Of a stretch of 64,000 bases of DNA, positions 60,999 through 64,000 are shown piece by piece. Positions within the stretch are counted from its first letter, which is position 1; the number at the start of each line of letters is the position of its first letter. The stretch is taken from positions 41,418,001 to 41,482,000 of the forward strand of contig NC_087447.1 in the NCBI RefSeq assembly GCF_036321535.1, in the 5' to 3' direction. The DNA comes from Camelus dromedarius. Its lineage: Eukaryota. The notes under the pieces were generated by a model, which was not told the DNA's origin, searched no databases, and worked only from the letters and a program-made list of their open reading frames with translations. Made by a program: the position numbers and the translations under genes.

Positions 60999-63007
60999 GA
61001 TCAGTTAATCTAATCAGCCGCTAACCTTGGGACAGGGTATGTGTCTGTGCCTCAGTGCTGGCAGACTCTGGAAATCACACGCACACAGTGAATAAGGTAA
61101 TAGAATACAGATTTGAAGTGAGATGGATATGCTTCAACGCACATAAGAACGACCAGCAGAGCCCAGTTGGTGGGAGATTCAACCAGAGCGAGAGGTCTCA
61201 GTCTGCACGAGTCAACCTATGTTCAAGGCAAGAGAAAGTGCTTCCCTGTTGGAAACAAACCTGTGCTAGGATGCACCACCTCCCCTAAGAAGAGAAGCCC
61301 AGTTTTCACATAGAAAGCAAGACTCCAGGCAGCTGGGTCCTGTCTGCTGGGGTCTTCTCTCCCTCCTGGGGGTCCTCTGCTCCTGTTTTGCAGGCCACCA
61401 CACTGCCTCCTCCCTTCTAATGCAGTCAAGCCGAGGCCTGGACAACAAGCCTTCCTTTGGCTCCCTTCAAAATAGAAGGACAGGCTGGGATTCCTAACCC
61501 TTCCAAACACTAAGAACAAAAGAGAACTAAACAGAAAGAGGACGTGGAATATAAACAGTCTGGTTTACAAAGTACACAGCTGGATCCTTACCTAGCTAAT
61601 TTGATCTCAGGCTCCCATTTCATGCAGCCCCAGGGGAAGTAGGGCTGTGCCTGGCTCTCCCTCTGCCCAGCTCCCGGTCAGTAGCACATGGCAACGGCTG
61701 CCCGTCGCATCTGTCATCCAAGAGTGTCCTTTTACTCCTGCTGATCCTGAGAGGCCTCGTTCTCTCTCCCAACCTCTGCCCCTCTTGGATTCACTTTTTG
61801 GTCTTGAGAACATGCCTGTACCTCTGGTGACGGAGGCCAGGCATCAGCACAGCCCCCAGGAGGCCCCCTGGCCTTCTGCACATGGCGTAACTTCACCTGT
61901 TCAGGCCCAGCAGTGTGGTGCCGTCTCCATAATAACTGACGCTACTCTCATGTACGCTGCCCACTCACAGTTATCGGGTCCCTTCCTCACCTGTCACCCA
62001 AGCCAGTCTAGCCCCGAGAGCTGTTGTCTTTGATATCAGGCAATCCATTCATTCCTAAGTCCCTTACATGCACAGTTGTCTACAGGCACCTGCACTCAAA
62101 TGTGATTCCCCCACCATGAAATTTTGGCATCGTCTAAAGTCAACAAGCAAAGTCTGAAGTTATTAAAAGCCCCATGTCCCCCTTGTGCATTTTAAAACTA
62201 CTGGACTGACCCCAGCAGCTGACCCCTTATTTAAGAGGTTCCACATCAAACACTAGAGTCTTGTCTGAATCTCACCTCTGTGATAATAAGACATAGTAAT
62301 AAGACATAGTAATGTAACCTGTTGTAACCATTACTTTCTGGAGGATCAGCTTAAATGAATTTTGGGTGAATCAACCCAGTATCTTAACCATATTCAAGCA
62401 GAGAACACAGTCCTCTGGCATTCATGTAATACATTGAACAAGTGAACTCATCAGGTCCAACGGAACACTTTTGTCTTTTTTCCCACTATCAGTTCAAACC
62501 TGCTCTTTGGGGTTAAGATGATATTAGGCAAATTCCTTTACTTTTCCAATAACTCTCAGAAAATAAAAGTCCTCTGGTCAAGTTTCAGTCCCAAGAATAA
62601 CCTCATTTCAGTAATTAAGATGGCCAGTTCCCTGAAATAGTCAAAAGCCTGAAGTTAAAAAGTTCAACCTTCTCTCTGCCCCCCCATCTCCCCCTTCTCA
62701 CCCCCTCCCCCCAGCTCCACTGTGCTTCAGGAAGGAAGCCTGCAGCGAGGACAGAGCAGGTTTCTTGCTCTCCTCTGCACTTACACTCCCACCTTCCACC
62801 CCAGCTTGGCTAAGGCAGTGCCTGAACCCTCCAGGGTTAACGTGGGAAAAGGGAATGGAGATTAAGGATAGGAAAGATATTACTTGGCTGGTCTTATTGT
62901 GAGCGGGCTCCAGGACTTGGCAAGGATTTAAGGCTGACTTTGATTTTGTTGAGTGCCGTGCTTTATGGGACCTTCAGAGAAACCCACCCCCATCCCCCTC
63001 TCCAGTG

Positions 63008-63010
<3 letters not shown>

Positions 63011-63090
<80 letters not shown>
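63011..63090. repeat. (AC)40 perfect microsatellite
   Basis: Directly visible. Confidence 0.98.
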
Positions 63091-63094
<4 letters not shown>

Positions 63095-64000
63095 TCACAT
63101 CATTGCTGAGGCTCTCTCAACTGCAGGTCCCTTTATGAGGTCGAATGCACCTCTCCTGGCTGGCTACTTTAAGTCCCTCTCTCAATCCTTGGGCAGCTGG
63201 AAGTATATCTTGCTCAGCCCTAGGCAGCATTTCCAGGCAGGGTCTGTGACACCCCACGCCAGCTCTCCCTGTCCTGACTACATCCAGTTAAGGTGAAATA
63301 TGTGCCTTTGACCCACTAGTGGTGGGAAGATGGTTTTTCCCTACCATGACCCCCTGCTCTGATGCCACCAAACAGTTCAGCAAGATTCTCACTCTCCAGG
63401 TCTCTCTGGTGAGAGTCATGCACCAGTCCACTGTGCCCCCAGACTGCGACACATTGAGCTCCCCCAGCAGCATCCCTAAAGCCCCTTTCTAGCCCCAGGT
63501 GTGTGTGGTGGTGGGGGGGGGTAACCTCATCCCTCTCAATGGAGGAGTAGGTAGAATTCAGAACCACCAAAAACTGATTTCCAAAGTAATTCTGTTTCTC
63601 ATCTAATACCATTCCTAACCTCCCTTATAGGCTAGAAATGGGTGACCAGCTAAGGGTCATGAAGCAGATCTTGCCCTCCTCCTTGGCAGCCCTACTTCCC
63701 CATTCCTGGCAGCTTGTTTTGAAGCACAGAAATACAGCCCCAAAGAAAGACAGTTGTACCTAAATAGAATCTAAATAGGGCTGAAAGAAAATAAGCTTCC
63801 ATCTCCAAATTCTCCCTCCCCAACAGTTGTGAAAACAGCCAGTGATCTGCATCTCATCTCGTGGGCTCGCTGTTTTGCTTTACTTAGTTGTTCCTGAAAC
63901 AATCCTCAGAGCGTTCCCACGTGGAAAAGAAACCAGCCAGTGCCGTGGTATCCAAGGCAGGCATCCTGAGCGTGTGATCCCTTTCTATGGAGATTGTTGA

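Noticed and set aside
62284..62313. 13-bp tandem repeat TAATAAGACATAG x2
   Set aside because: Ordinary slippage duplication with no supporting context.
62940..63296. His-Thr repeat protein; also poly-Phe (3575-4027) and poly-Leu (33317-33622) ORFs
   Set aside because: Translations of (AC)n, poly(T) and (TTG)n tracts.
1..64000. A novel prokaryote-style system (CRISPR array, operon, retron, defence island)
   Set aside because: The sequence is a spliced mammalian gene with eutherian repeats. I saw no regularly spaced repeat-spacer arrays and no long compact ORFs.
60133..64000. Terminal IRAG1 exon (KLEELVHFLQ..., TM helix)
   Set aside because: Not found by eye in the remaining 3.9 kb; presumably downstream of the window.
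40000..64000. Orthologue of the human antisense lncRNA IRAG1-AS1 (MRVI1-AS1)
   Set aside because: Recalled from human, but no exon structure can be supported from this sequence alone.

Overview
Mammalian genomic DNA, not microbial. The window holds most of IRAG1 (MRVI1; inositol 1,4,5-trisphosphate receptor-associated cGMP kinase substrate 1) on the + strand. I traced 18 consecutive GT-AG coding exons by hand (10283-60132). They splice with consistent phases into 2267 nt of open frame (755 codons + 2 nt). The N-terminal exons and the terminal transmembrane exon were not found and appear to lie outside the window. Introns carry the usual eutherian repeats (MIR, L2, MER53, MER5, MER103, MLT1 LTRs, old L1M/HAL1), a degenerate near-full-length antisense L1 (~24.9-30.9 kb) and two small younger L1 3' fragments with target-site duplications. 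The L1 3' ends resemble camelid/artiodactyl families (from memory, unverified). I found no convincing wholly new biological system. The best leads are a candidate internal first exon at ~6.3-6.45 kb that splices in frame to the first exon seen, a Leu->Ser change in the cGKI-beta docking segment, several tandem splice sites, and motif clusters compatible with smooth-muscle enhancers. Nearly all ORFs in the supplied track are spurious. Orthologue comparisons and repeat family names are recalled from memory, not search results.
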